This document shows, piece by piece, positions 19,001 to 28,452 of a stretch of 64,000 nucleotides of DNA. Every line of letters starts with the position of its first letter. Position 1 is the stretch's first letter. The stretch comes from Alphaproteobacteria bacterium (lineage in GTDB: Bacteria; Pseudomonadota; Alphaproteobacteria; SP197), in contig OZ242015.1 of the NCBI GenBank assembly GCA_965204785.1, forward strand, positions 1,942,538 to 2,006,537, given 5' to 3'. Below the pieces are notes generated by a model that saw only the letters and a program-made list of their open reading frames with translations, did no database searches and had not been told where the DNA came from. The position numbers and the translations under genes are program-made.

Positions 19001-19366
19001 ATGGCCCGCAAGTACGACTGCAGCAAATGTCCAGCCTATTGCTGCTCCTATACCCGCATCATCGTCGAGGATGCCGACATCGAACGGCTGTCCGACCATT
19101 TTGGCCTCAAGCCCAGGGAAACGCGCAAACGTTTCACCAGGAAAGGCGAGGAAAAAGGCGAACGCATCCTGCGTCACCAGAAGGACGAGCATTACACGAC
19201 GATCTGCCAGTTCATCGATCCCGGGACCCGCGGCTGCACGGTCTATGAGGCCCGCCCGGCGATCTGCCGCGAATTCCCCGGCGAGGGGCGCTGCGGCTAC
19301 TACGACTTCCTGACCTTCGAGCGCAACGCCCAGGAAGATCCGGACTGGGTCGCGACGACAGGCTAG
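19001..19366 (+). CDS. YkgJ-family Zn/Fe-chelating (CxxCxxCC) domain protein.
   Basis: 'CSKCPAYCCS...GCTVYEARPAICREFP'. Confidence 0.7.
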   Translation: MARKYDCSKCPAYCCSYTRIIVEDADIERLSDHFGLKPRETRKRFTRKGEEKGERILRHQKDEHYTTICQFIDPGTRGCTVYEARPAICREFPGEGRCGYYDFLTFERNAQEDPDWVATTG

Positions 19367-19587
19367 TCGGGACTGCGCGGTCCTAGCGAACGCGCAAGCG
19401 GGGATCCTGTCGCCAGCATCAGGCGCTCAGTGCGAGACAGGCGGCGACGATGCAGGGCCAGAGGTTCGCGGGTATACCGGTCCGGGCATCAGCGAATTGT
19501 AAAGCGGCCAGAGCATTCGGCAGCGCGCCTGCCGCCCCGCACAGGCCCTGGAGTGCGCGCCGCGCGGCGAGGCCATGGTTGCGGCTC

Positions 19588-20940
19588 TCAGGGCAGCGCT
19601 TCGATCAGTTCGCCGGCCTGCCGGTATTCGGCGCTGTCCTGCGCGAAGAGATCGCGCAGCGTGGTCCAACGCTCGCGCGCCGTGGCGTTGTCAACGCGCT
19701 GAGCCGCCGCCAGTCCCGTGAAATAGAGCGCTTCGGCATTGTCGGGCAGGACGGCCAGCACGCGCTCCATGTCCGTGACGGCCCAGTCGGGCACCATCGC
19801 TTCCCCCTGCACAGACCCGGCGACCGCATTGGAGAGCCCCGCCATCAGACCGGAATCTCCAGGTTCCAGGGTGAGCGCATGATCGTAGGCATCGCGCGCC
19901 AGACGCCAGTCGCCCAACACACCATAGGCCTGGGCCAGCCTCAACCAGCCTTCCAGGTTGTCCGGCTCGTCCTGGAGACGTTCGGCAAGGCCGTCGACCA
20001 TGCTGCGGATCATGGCCACCTGCCCGTCCTCGGTCATCTCCGCGGCAACCTCGATGTCCTCCTGCGTGGAACCTGAAAGGCCGTCCTCGTCCGACGTCAG
20101 TCCGGTGATGCTGCCGGTCATGGTTTCGGCGTCGGCGATATGGCGTTGCAACTGCGCGATCCAAGATGCATCGGGTGCTGAATCGGCAAGCAGTTCACGC
20201 CACACACGCAGCGCCCCGGTGATGTCCCCGTCCTGGGCACGCGCGACACCTTCGTAATAGCGTGCGACCGGCTCGGTGGGGTCGAACGCAAGCGCGCGGG
20301 CAAACGCCATGCGGGCCGCCGGCGTCACCACACCGCCGCGCGAGAGGGTCACGAATTCGCCCAGGGCCGAGAGCGTGCCGGCATCCTCGGGGTCAAGCGC
20401 CACCGCTTCGGCCATGGCATTGGCGGCATCGTCGTAGCGGTTGGCGAAGGCATAGGCGTTGGCCAGCAGCACCCAGCTTTCGCGGTCAAAGGGATCGTTC
20501 TGGGCACGCGCCTCGGCACGCGCGACCAGCGGCCGGAGTTCGACACCGTCTCCACCGTCCTGCGTCGGTCCCTCCAGACGCGCGGCCAGCGGTTGGTCCG
20601 GCAGGTACGGCGAGCCAAGAACGCCATAGACCAGGACCGCAAGTGCGACCACCGCCACACAGATGACCGCCACAAGGCCCGCACCGGATTTCCGCTGCCC
20701 CTCGCTCACCATGCGCCGGTGGGCATCCTCACGCAGCAGGCGGCGTTCGATCTCGCGCCGTGCGGCCGCTCCGGCCCCGGCGTCGATCAAGCCGGCCTCT
20801 ATGTCGCGTTCGAGCTCATCGAGCTGATCGCGGTAGACCTTGATGCCCGCATCCGCCCCCGAGCCGCCGCGTCGCGCGACCGGCAGCACCAGCAGCGCGA
20901 TGGTCAGAAGCGCCAGCAGACCCAGCACGACAAACGTCAT
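19588..20940 (-). CDS. ccmI: Cytochrome c-type biogenesis protein CcmI (CycH), TPR-containing.
   Basis: N-terminal TM '[20 protein letters not shown]', 'IKVYRDQLDELERDI', then TPR repeats. ATGA overlap with the ccmH stop. Confidence 0.8.
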   Translation of the reverse strand: MTFVVLGLLALLTIALLVLPVARRGGSGADAGIKVYRDQLDELERDIEAGLIDAGAGAAARREIERRLLREDAHRRMVSEGQRKSGAGLVAVICVAVVALAVLVYGVLGSPYLPDQPLAARLEGPTQDGGDGVELRPLVARAEARAQNDPFDRESWVLLANAYAFANRYDDAANAMAEAVALDPEDAGTLSALGEFVTLSRGGVVTPAARMAFARALAFDPTEPVARYYEGVARAQDGDITGALRVWRELLADSAPDASWIAQLQRHIADAETMTGSITGLTSDEDGLSGSTQEDIEVAAEMTEDGQVAMIRSMVDGLAERLQDEPDNLEGWLRLAQAYGVLGDWRLARDAYDHALTLEPGDSGLMAGLSNAVAGSVQGEAMVPDWAVTDMERVLAVLPDNAEALYFTGLAAAQRVDNATARERWTTLRDLFAQDSAEYRQAGELIEALP

Positions 20941-21398
20941 GACGGACGGTCCCGGGTAAGTTCCTGCAGGCGCGCCTTCTCTTCGGGCGTCAGGTTGACT
21001 TCCGCGCTCGCCGGTTCGCCGACCCGCCGCCGCATGACCATCCACACGATCACCGGCACGGCGAATGGAGCAACCCACAACAGCATTGTAGCCGCGTTAA
21101 ACGGTGGTTTCAGCAGCACGTAATCACCATAGCGTTCGACGATATAGGCAACCGCTTCCTCGTTGCCGTCGCCGGCCAGAAGACGCTCGCGCACCAGCAC
21201 GCGCAGATCGCGGGCAAGCGGGGCATCGGAATCGTCGATCGACTGGTTCTGGCAGACCAGGCAGCGCAGGTCCGCACTGATCGCGCGCGCACGGGCCTCC
21301 AGTTCCGGATCGGCAAGCATCTCGGCGGGCTGCACGGCAAACGCAGGCAGCGCAAGCCATCCGGTCAGCAGAGCCATGACGAGAAACCGCGGCATCAT
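20937..21398 (-). CDS. ccmH: Cytochrome c-type biogenesis protein CcmH (CycL).
   Basis: Signal peptide plus '[23 protein letters not shown]' (LRCxxCQ motif). Confidence 0.85.
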   Translation of the reverse strand: MMPRFLVMALLTGWLALPAFAVQPAEMLADPELEARARAISADLRCLVCQNQSIDDSDAPLARDLRVLVRERLLAGDGNEEAVAYIVERYGDYVLLKPPFNAATMLLWVAPFAVPVIVWMVMRRRVGEPASAEVNLTPEEKARLQELTRDRPS

Positions 21399-23379
21399 GC
21401 AGCCTGCGGCCGGGTTCCGGTGGGAATCCTGCGCCGCGACGGGATGGCAAGACGCAGGCGCCGGTCGGTCAGGCTCACCAGCCCGCCGAAGACCATCAGC
21501 AGGCAGCCGCCCCAGATCCAGGGTACGAGCGGATTGTAGTAGAGCCGCACAGCCCAGCCGCCATCGGCCGCCGGATCGCCCAGCACGACATAGAGATCGG
21601 CCAGCAGCGTCGTGCGGATGGCCGCTTCGGTGGTTTCCATCGTCTGGACGAAAAACTGCCGCTTCTCGGGCGTCATCAGGGCGATTTCCTCCCCATCGGC
21701 CAGCACCCGAAAGAGACCGCGCTCGTAGCTGTAGTTGGGCCCTTCACCCGGCACCACACTCTCGAAAACAAGCGTGTAACCGGCTATCTCCTGGCTGTCG
21801 CCGGGCGCCATGGCGCGGATGATCTCGGTCTGCCAGGCCGAAGAGGCCGTGACTCCCGCAACCAGCACCGCCACGCCCAGATGGGAGAGGCTCATGCCAT
21901 AGGCCGAACGCGGCAGGCCCGCCGCGCGACGCCGGCTCTGCCCCGGCGAAAGACGGAAGAGCTGGATGTGTTCGGCGAATTTCAGCACCACGCCCGCGGC
22001 GATCCAGGTTGCCAGCGCAATGCCGAAGGCCGGTATCGGCGAAAGATCGGTGGCGTACCACCACACCACACCACACAGGACGAGGCATGCAAGACCGATC
22101 GCCTTCATGCGCGAAAGCACGCCTTTCAGGTCACCCCGCTTCCAGGGCATCAGCGGCCCCGCCGCCATCGCCAGCAGCAGCGGCACCATGAGCGGCACGA
22201 AGGTCAGCTCGAAGAACGGCGGACCGACCGAGATCCTGCGCCCGCCCATGACATCGAGCAGCAGGGGATAGAGCGTGCCGATCAACACCGTGAAACAGGC
22301 CGTGGCGAGCAGCAGATTGTTCAGCACCAGCGCGCCTTCCCGGCTGATCGGCGCGAACAGGCCGTCGGCTTTCAGCGTCGGTGCGCGCCAGGCGTACAGC
22401 GCCAGCGAACCCCCAACCGCCACCACGAGCAGGAGCAGAATGAAGATGCCGCGCGTGGGATCGGTCGCGAAGGCATGGACGGACGTAAGCGCGCCCGAAC
22501 GTACCAGGAAAGTGCCCAGAAGACTGAGCGAAAAGGCGATGATCGCCAACAGCACGGTCCAGCTCTTGAGCGCTCCGCGCTTCTCCGTGACGATGGCCGA
22601 GTGCAGCAGTGCGGTGCCCGCCAGCCAGGGCATGAACGAGGCGTTCTCGACGGGATCCAGAACCACCAGCCGCCCCAGCCCAGCTCGTAATAGGCCCACC
22701 AGCTTCCCATGGCGATACCCAGGGTCAGGCTGGTCCAGGCGGCCAGCGTCCAGGGGCGCACCCAGCGTGCCCATGCAGCATCGACGCGGCCCTCCAACAG
22801 CGCGGCGACGGCAAAGGAGAATGCCATCGAGAAGCCGACATAACCCAGGTAGAGAAACGGCGGATGGAACGCCAGACCCGGGTCCTGCAGCAACGGATTG
22901 AGGTCGCGCCCGTCCAGAGGCGCCGGGTCGAGGCGCAGGAACGGATTGGAGGTGAAAAGCGAAAACGCCAGAAAGCCGGCGGCGATCAGGCCCTGGATCG
23001 CAAGCACCCGCGAACGCAGCGTCACCGGCAGGTTCGCACCCAAAAACGCTACGGCAAGCCCGAAGAGCGCCAGGATGAGCACCCATAGCAGCAGCGAACC
23101 CTCGTGGTTTCCCCACACGCCCGAAACCTTGTAGAGCATCGGTTTGAGGGAATGCGAGTTCTCGTAGACGTTCGCGACCGAAAAATCCGACACGACATAG
23201 GCATACGTCATCGCGAAAAACGCGATGGCGATCAGCACAGCCTGGCCGAGCGCCGCACCGGGAGCGAGCGCCATCATCGCGCCGTTGCCGCGCCATGCGC
23301 CCCAGAGCGGCAGCGTGCCCTGCACGAGGGCGACACAGAACGCCAGAATCAGGGCAAAATGACCGATTTCGGCGATCAA
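21395..23379 (-). CDS. ccmF: Cytochrome c heme lyase CcmF (CycK). Single -1 frameshift near 22651-22664 (a missing C in a CCC run), possibly a sequencing error.
   Basis: N-terminal part (23379→22372) '...[12 protein letters not shown]' and C-terminal part (frame of 23296→21395) '[20 protein letters not shown]' join exactly at the conserved '[14 protein letters not shown]' segment. Confidence 0.8.
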
Positions 23380-23432
23380 CGGCGTACTCCGGAAAGAACG
23401 GGGCCCTTCCTATCCGCGATCACACTGCAAGG

Positions 23433-25091
23433 CTAGATCGTGAACTGCAGATCGCCCAAACGCTTGGTCAATTTTCTGTTTTCCCGGTAATCGACCGGCA
23501 GCGCGATGATCGCGGGTCCTTCCTGGGAAAAGGCCTCCTCCAGCGCACCGGCAAGCTGGTCGGGTGCGGTCAGCGTGCATCCCCAGCCGCCGAACGAGCG
23601 CGCAAGCATCCCGAAATCGGGATTGTCGAAGGCAAGATCGCTGTGCCGGCCGTCGAACTGGTTCTCCTGCTTCCACTTAATCAGGCCGTATTCGCCATCC
23701 ATCCAGACGAGCGCGACGACGTTGAGCTTCTTGCGCACCGCGGTCTCGAAATCCTGCACGTTCATCATGAAGGCGGCATCGCCGCAGACCGCCAGAATAC
23801 GCCGGTCGGGACAGGCGTGTTTCGCACCCATGCCCGCGGGAAAGGCAAAACCCATGGAGCAGAAACCGTTGGAAATGAGGCAGGTGTTGGCCTCGTCGCA
23901 CTGGTAGTAGCGCGAGACCCACATCTTGTGGGCACCGACATCGGAAAGAAGAATGTCTTCTGGACCCATGAACTCCCGCACGACATGCAGAATTGTCTGG
24001 GGTTTCATCGGAAATCCGTCGTCGTCGTTTTCCGCGTTGAGATCGTCCAGAATGATCTGGCGCAGTTTCTGGCGCTCAGCGATATCGAACAGCGGCAGCC
24101 GGTCGCCGAACTCGTCGTTCAGGCGTTCGTTGATCTGCCAGAGCGCATCGGCGACATCGGAAACGACCTCGACCTTCACGTCATAGTCCTCATCGACCTC
24201 GGCCGGAGTGAAGTCGATATGAATGATCGTCTTGCCGCCCTTCCCGTTCCAATGCGAGGGCGCGTATTCGACCAGATCGTAACCCACGGCAATGACGAGA
24301 TCGGAGGCATCGAGCGCCATGTTCGCATAGTCGCGCTGCTGCAGGCCGATAGTGAACAGGCAATGTTCGAAATCGCGCGGCATCGCACCTTTGCCCATGA
24401 AGGTGTTGACGACGGGGATGCCGGTCTTGCGCGCCAGACGGCGGAGCTGCGCGGCCGCACGTTTGCGGATGGCGCCGTTGCCCGAAAGGATGATCGGCTT
24501 CCTGGCGGCGGCGATGAGATCCACGGCCTGCCGGACGGCCTTGTGGTCGGCTGCGGCCCGCCGGGTCCTGTGCGGATCGATCGGACTGTTGTCGACATTT
24601 TCCTTGGCAATATCCTCGGGCAGTTCCAGCACCGTCACGCCGGGCTTTTCCTGCTCGGCAAGCTTGAACGCCTTGCGCACCATCTCCGGGATCGCCGCGC
24701 CACGGTGGACCGAAAAGGCCCATTTGCTGATCGGCTGCAGCATGTCGATGGCGTTCATGTTCTGGTGGCTTTCCTTGTGCAGCCGCCGCGTGCTGCCCTG
24801 GCCCACGATCGCCACTACCGGCGAGCGGTCCATGTTGGCATCGGCCAGCCCGGTCACCAGATTGGTCGCGCCTGGTCCCAGCGTCGAGAGGCACACGCCA
24901 GCCTTGCCCGTGAGACGTCCATAGCCGTCGGCCATGAAGGCCGCAGCCTGTTCGTGCCGGCACAGCACGAATTCGATGTCGCTGTCCTGGAGCGACATCA
25001 TGAAATCGGCGTTTTCCTCGCCGGGCACGCCATAGATACGTTCGACGCCTTCGGCTTCGAGACAACGGACAAAAAGATCGGATGCTTTCAC
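23433..25091 (-). CDS. Thiamine-pyrophosphate enzyme, acetolactate-synthase large-subunit-like (catabolic AlsS/IlvB family).
   Basis: TPP N, middle and C domain conservation ('GVPGEENADFMMSL', 'GDAAFMMNVQDFETAVR'). Confidence 0.8.
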   Translation of the reverse strand: MKASDLFVRCLEAEGVERIYGVPGEENADFMMSLQDSDIEFVLCRHEQAAAFMADGYGRLTGKAGVCLSTLGPGATNLVTGLADANMDRSPVVAIVGQGSTRRLHKESHQNMNAIDMLQPISKWAFSVHRGAAIPEMVRKAFKLAEQEKPGVTVLELPEDIAKENVDNSPIDPHRTRRAAADHKAVRQAVDLIAAARKPIILSGNGAIRKRAAAQLRRLARKTGIPVVNTFMGKGAMPRDFEHCLFTIGLQQRDYANMALDASDLVIAVGYDLVEYAPSHWNGKGGKTIIHIDFTPAEVDEDYDVKVEVVSDVADALWQINERLNDEFGDRLPLFDIAERQKLRQIILDDLNAENDDDGFPMKPQTILHVVREFMGPEDILLSDVGAHKMWVSRYYQCDEANTCLISNGFCSMGFAFPAGMGAKHACPDRRILAVCGDAAFMMNVQDFETAVRKKLNVVALVWMDGEYGLIKWKQENQFDGRHSDLAFDNPDFGMLARSFGGWGCTLTAPDQLAGALEEAFSQEGPAIIALPVDYRENRKLTKRLGDLQFTI

Positions 25092-25127
25092 GGCGGATTT
25101 CCCGAGGTTTGAAACTGATGAACTTTT

Positions 25128-26489
25128 CTAAACGTGACCATAGGCCAACATGGCATCGGCGACCTTGACGAACCCGGCAATGTTGGCGCCGTCACGATAA
25201 TTCACCTTTCCGTCGCCGTCTTCGCCGCATGCCACGCAGCGCTCGTGAATGTCCCGCATCATCGTCTCGAGGCGCCCGGTCACGTGTTCGCTGTCCCAGC
25301 TCAGCCGGGCGCTGTTCTGGGCCATTTCCAACCCGGAGACTCCCACACCTCCGGCATTGACCGCCTTGGCGGGTCCAAACAGCACGCCGGCATCCATAAA
25401 TGCCTCGACGGCCTCCAGTTCACAGGGCATGTTCGCCCCTTCGGCGACCAGCCCAACGCCGCTCTCGATCAGATCCCTGGCGTCATCCAGGCCGATCTCG
25501 TTCTGGGTCGCACAGGGAAGCGCCAGATCGGCCTTGAGACCCCAGGGCGTCCTGCCCCTGTGAAAAACCACGCCGTCGTACCTCTCGGCTGCTTCGCTGA
25601 TGCGCCCGCCCTTTTCCATCTTGAGATGTTTGATCCAGGCAATCTGTTCGGCGTCGAACCCGCCGCGGCAGTGCACAAATCCATCCGAATCGGAAAGCGT
25701 GAGGACCTTTGCGTCAAGCTCGACCAGCTTTTCGGCGGCATGCATGGCGACATTGCCCGAGCCCGACACCAGAATCTTCTTGCCTTCCAGCGTCCGGTCG
25801 TAGCGCTCCAGCATGTTCTGCACGAAAAACACCGCGCCATAGCCCGTCGCCTCGGTGCGCATTTGCGAGCCGCCGAACGCGATCCCCTTACCGGTCAGGA
25901 CGCCGGCGAAGCGGTTGATGATGCGTTTGTACTGACCGAACATGTATCCGATTTCCCGCTCACCGACGCCGATATCGCCGGCGGGCACATCGGTGTCCTC
26001 ACCGATATAACGGTAGAGTTCGGTCATGTAGCTCTGGCAGAAGCGCATGATTTCCAGGTCGGACTTGCCCTTGGGGTTGAAGTTCGCGCCGCCTTTCGCA
26101 CCGCCCATGGAAAGCCCGGTCAGGCTGTTCTTGAAGGTCTGCTCGAAGGCCAGGAACTTCAGCACGCTCTGGTTGACCGACGGATGGAACCGGATGCCGC
26201 CCTTGTAGGGGCCGATGGCGCTGTTGCACTGCACGCGCCAACCCCGCTGTGTGCGGATGTTGCCGTCCGCATCCGTCCAGGGAACGCGAAAGGAGATCAC
26301 CCGCTCGGGCTCGGCCATGCGCTCGAGAATCTGCATTTCCCGATAGACTGGATTTTCCCGGATGAACGGAATGATCGAACCGGCGACCTCATGCACGGCC
26401 TGCACGAACTCGGTCTGGCCGGGATTGCGTTTCTCCAGTCCCTCCATGAATCGTTCGAGTGTCAGCTTTTTCGACGGGTACTTTGCCAT
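25128..26489 (-). CDS. gdhA: NADP-specific glutamate dehydrogenase.
   Basis: 'GPYKGGIRFHPSVNQSVLKFLAFEQTFKNSLTGLSMGGAKGG'. GAGGAG RBS 8 nt upstream of the internal ATG at 26489. Confidence 0.9.
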   Translation of the reverse strand: MAKYPSKKLTLERFMEGLEKRNPGQTEFVQAVHEVAGSIIPFIRENPVYREMQILERMAEPERVISFRVPWTDADGNIRTQRGWRVQCNSAIGPYKGGIRFHPSVNQSVLKFLAFEQTFKNSLTGLSMGGAKGGANFNPKGKSDLEIMRFCQSYMTELYRYIGEDTDVPAGDIGVGEREIGYMFGQYKRIINRFAGVLTGKGIAFGGSQMRTEATGYGAVFFVQNMLERYDRTLEGKKILVSGSGNVAMHAAEKLVELDAKVLTLSDSDGFVHCRGGFDAEQIAWIKHLKMEKGGRISEAAERYDGVVFHRGRTPWGLKADLALPCATQNEIGLDDARDLIESGVGLVAEGANMPCELEAVEAFMDAGVLFGPAKAVNAGGVGVSGLEMAQNSARLSWDSEHVTGRLETMMRDIHERCVACGEDGDGKVNYRDGANIAGFVKVADAMLAYGHV

Positions 26490-27311
26490 GCGCTCGGAAC
26501 CTCCTCGTTGATGCCGGATATGTAACCTGCCAAGTGCCGTGCCGATCCATAAACAGCCGAAATTTCGCGATCTTTTGACTTCTGCACATTTCTGCAAGGT
26601 ACATGGACGCAAACGCGATTGCACGTTAAGCTATACGTTCCATCGCCGCTGATGGATCGTTGCCTTTCATGTCGTCCTGAGTCTCCGTTTTCCGGCCGCA
26701 TCGTGTTTCCCGGTTGCGGTACGGTCGCCAGATGCGCCCTGCCGACGATCATGAAACTGACCGGGCTTGCCGCCGACCGCTACACCGTCAGCGACACACT
26801 CGACCGCCGCGAACGCCTTAAGGACGGGATCGCCCGGGGACTAACGTTCCTGCAGCGCCACATGCGCGCGATACCCTGAGACGGGCTCGCCCACGGCCAC
26901 AACGAAGGCCCCGCCGACGCCGTCGTGCGTGGCGTTGTGTCGCCCCGCTTCGTGGCATCAGAAGTTGGTGCCCGGATTTTGAGCAGGCAGTTCAATCGGA
27001 TCACTCGGGAAGAAACTATCGCTTTGCTTGAAAGGTCGTTCGTTGACCCCGAACCGATGGGTCACTTGCTCGAACCTGTGGGCGTAGAAAATGCAGGCAG
27101 GATCGTGTCCCGCCTGCATCTTCATCCTGTCTCGCCCGGATGGCGAGCCGGCGAAGAGGAAGAGGATTAGTCTTCGTCGTCGAAGCCGAGTTCGTCATCG
27201 TCCTCGATGTTGCCGAACTCCCCGCCCGTCGGCTCCGGTATGCGCCTTCTTAGTCGCCCTTCTTCGCGCGGTCTTCCGCGACGCCTTCTTCCGTTACGGC
27301 AGGGACTTAGA

Positions 27312-27518
27312 TCATCTTGGCGATGGCATGTACTTAATCCTCCGGGCGATCTCGTCCGCTTTCTCCTTCGTGTGGAAGTCGTATCGCTTGCCACTCCCGA
27401 CGCCCAGCCCGAGGGCGCGCAGACGAGGCCGGATCCAGGTTTTTGGGTCTTTGCCGAGCACCTTCGACAAGTACGCGGTACCGTACTCCGGTTCCCGCTT
27501 TATTGGCCTGTTTGGCAT
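27312..27518 (-). CDS. Hypothetical 68-aa basic protein, possibly a small AlpA/excisionase-like DNA-binding protein.
   Basis: Perfect AAGGAG RBS 7 nt before ATG at 27518. 'TAYLSKVLGKDPKTWIRPRLRALGLGV..GKRYDF' is HTH-like. Operator-like repeats lie immediately upstream. Confidence 0.35.
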   Translation of the reverse strand: MPNRPIKREPEYGTAYLSKVLGKDPKTWIRPRLRALGLGVGSGKRYDFHTKEKADEIARRIKYMPSPR

Positions 27519-27542
27519 CACTTGCTCCTTTGATAGGTTGAG

Positions 27543-27584
27543 TTGACGATAAGTTGAATTGACGTTATCTGGCGACGACGTCAA
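27543..27584. promoter_or_regulatory. Cluster of TTGACG half-sites: two direct (27543, 27559) and one inverted (27579), forming the palindrome TTGACGT-N12-ACGTCAA, 25–65 bp upstream of the small ORF.
   Basis: Read directly. Confidence 0.4.
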
Positions 27585-28014
27585 CATGTTCGGTTTGAGT
27601 GGTTTTTCAAGTTAATTTTCTCCTCTATAGATCCAAGCTCCTACTGCGCGTTGTTGACCGGATCGGTGCACACGCGGGACAGCCTGGTGGTACTGGATGT
27701 AGCCATACGGTAGTGACAGGAAGTACATATGACGGACTCGAAGTATTCGACGACACCGTTGAAGACCGTCGTGATCATCACGTCGCTGCGCGCCGGCAGT
27801 GCGCGGTCATCTGCATTCATGCGGTGTTCGGCCAAGGCACCTGCCTCGTAACGAAAGAGGTCGCGCCCGCCGTTCTTCGTCACGGTCGATGTACTGCACC
27901 GGCGTGTGGCCACTGCCATGGACAATCCGGGCTTCCACATTCCGATCGGCAATGGCGGCGGCAACGAACGCGGCCCTCGGGATCGTCGCCCGGCACCGTC
28001 AGGATCCCGATCTT

Positions 28015-28050
28015 ATCGTCGGGAGGGAAACAATCGTCGGGCGGGAAACA
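28015..28050. repeat. Two tandem 18-bp units (ATCGTCGGGAGGGAAACA / ATCGTCGGGCGGGAAACA) in a degenerate, unassignable region (27600-28450).
   Basis: Read directly. Confidence 0.8.
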
Positions 28051-28452
28051 CCGCCGCGCGTTTGACGCAAAGTCGAGCGGGATGCCGCCGGGACGGTACG
28101 CGCGGATATCGACACAGCGATCCACACCGCAGCCGCCCGCCGCCGTCACTCTCACCGTTCGACCTTGACGGGCGCTTCGACCCTGTCTGCCACGATTGTT
28201 TCACCATCTTATCAGACCGGCGCCGACCACCGCCCGTTGCTAAGGATCGGGCAGATCGCCGGCGTTGGCGGCATCGAGTCCGCTGCCGACCGGCACGCCA
28301 TCCGCGCCCCCGGTTTCCAGCGCGTCGGGATCGGCGAATGCCTTCCCGATCACAGGCGCCGGTCCCCGGCGAATTTGGACAGCCCGGAAGGGCCGGCAAA
28401 TGGATTACCCCGACGATCGCCCTCGCGGCGGGAAAATGCCCCCGATACGCAC

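Noticed and set aside
26925-27394. Two convergent small ORFs ending in acidic tails (…GEEEED*, …DDDELGFDDED*)
   Set aside because: They overlap each other, have no RBS or motif support, and lie in a compositionally odd, probably decayed spacer. Likely a chance feature of a GAAGA-rich stretch.
27641-28155. Metallophosphoesterase-like fragments on the minus strand
   Set aside because: Only vague similarity ('ILTVPGDDPEG'); frames are broken. Treated as an unassignable degenerate region.
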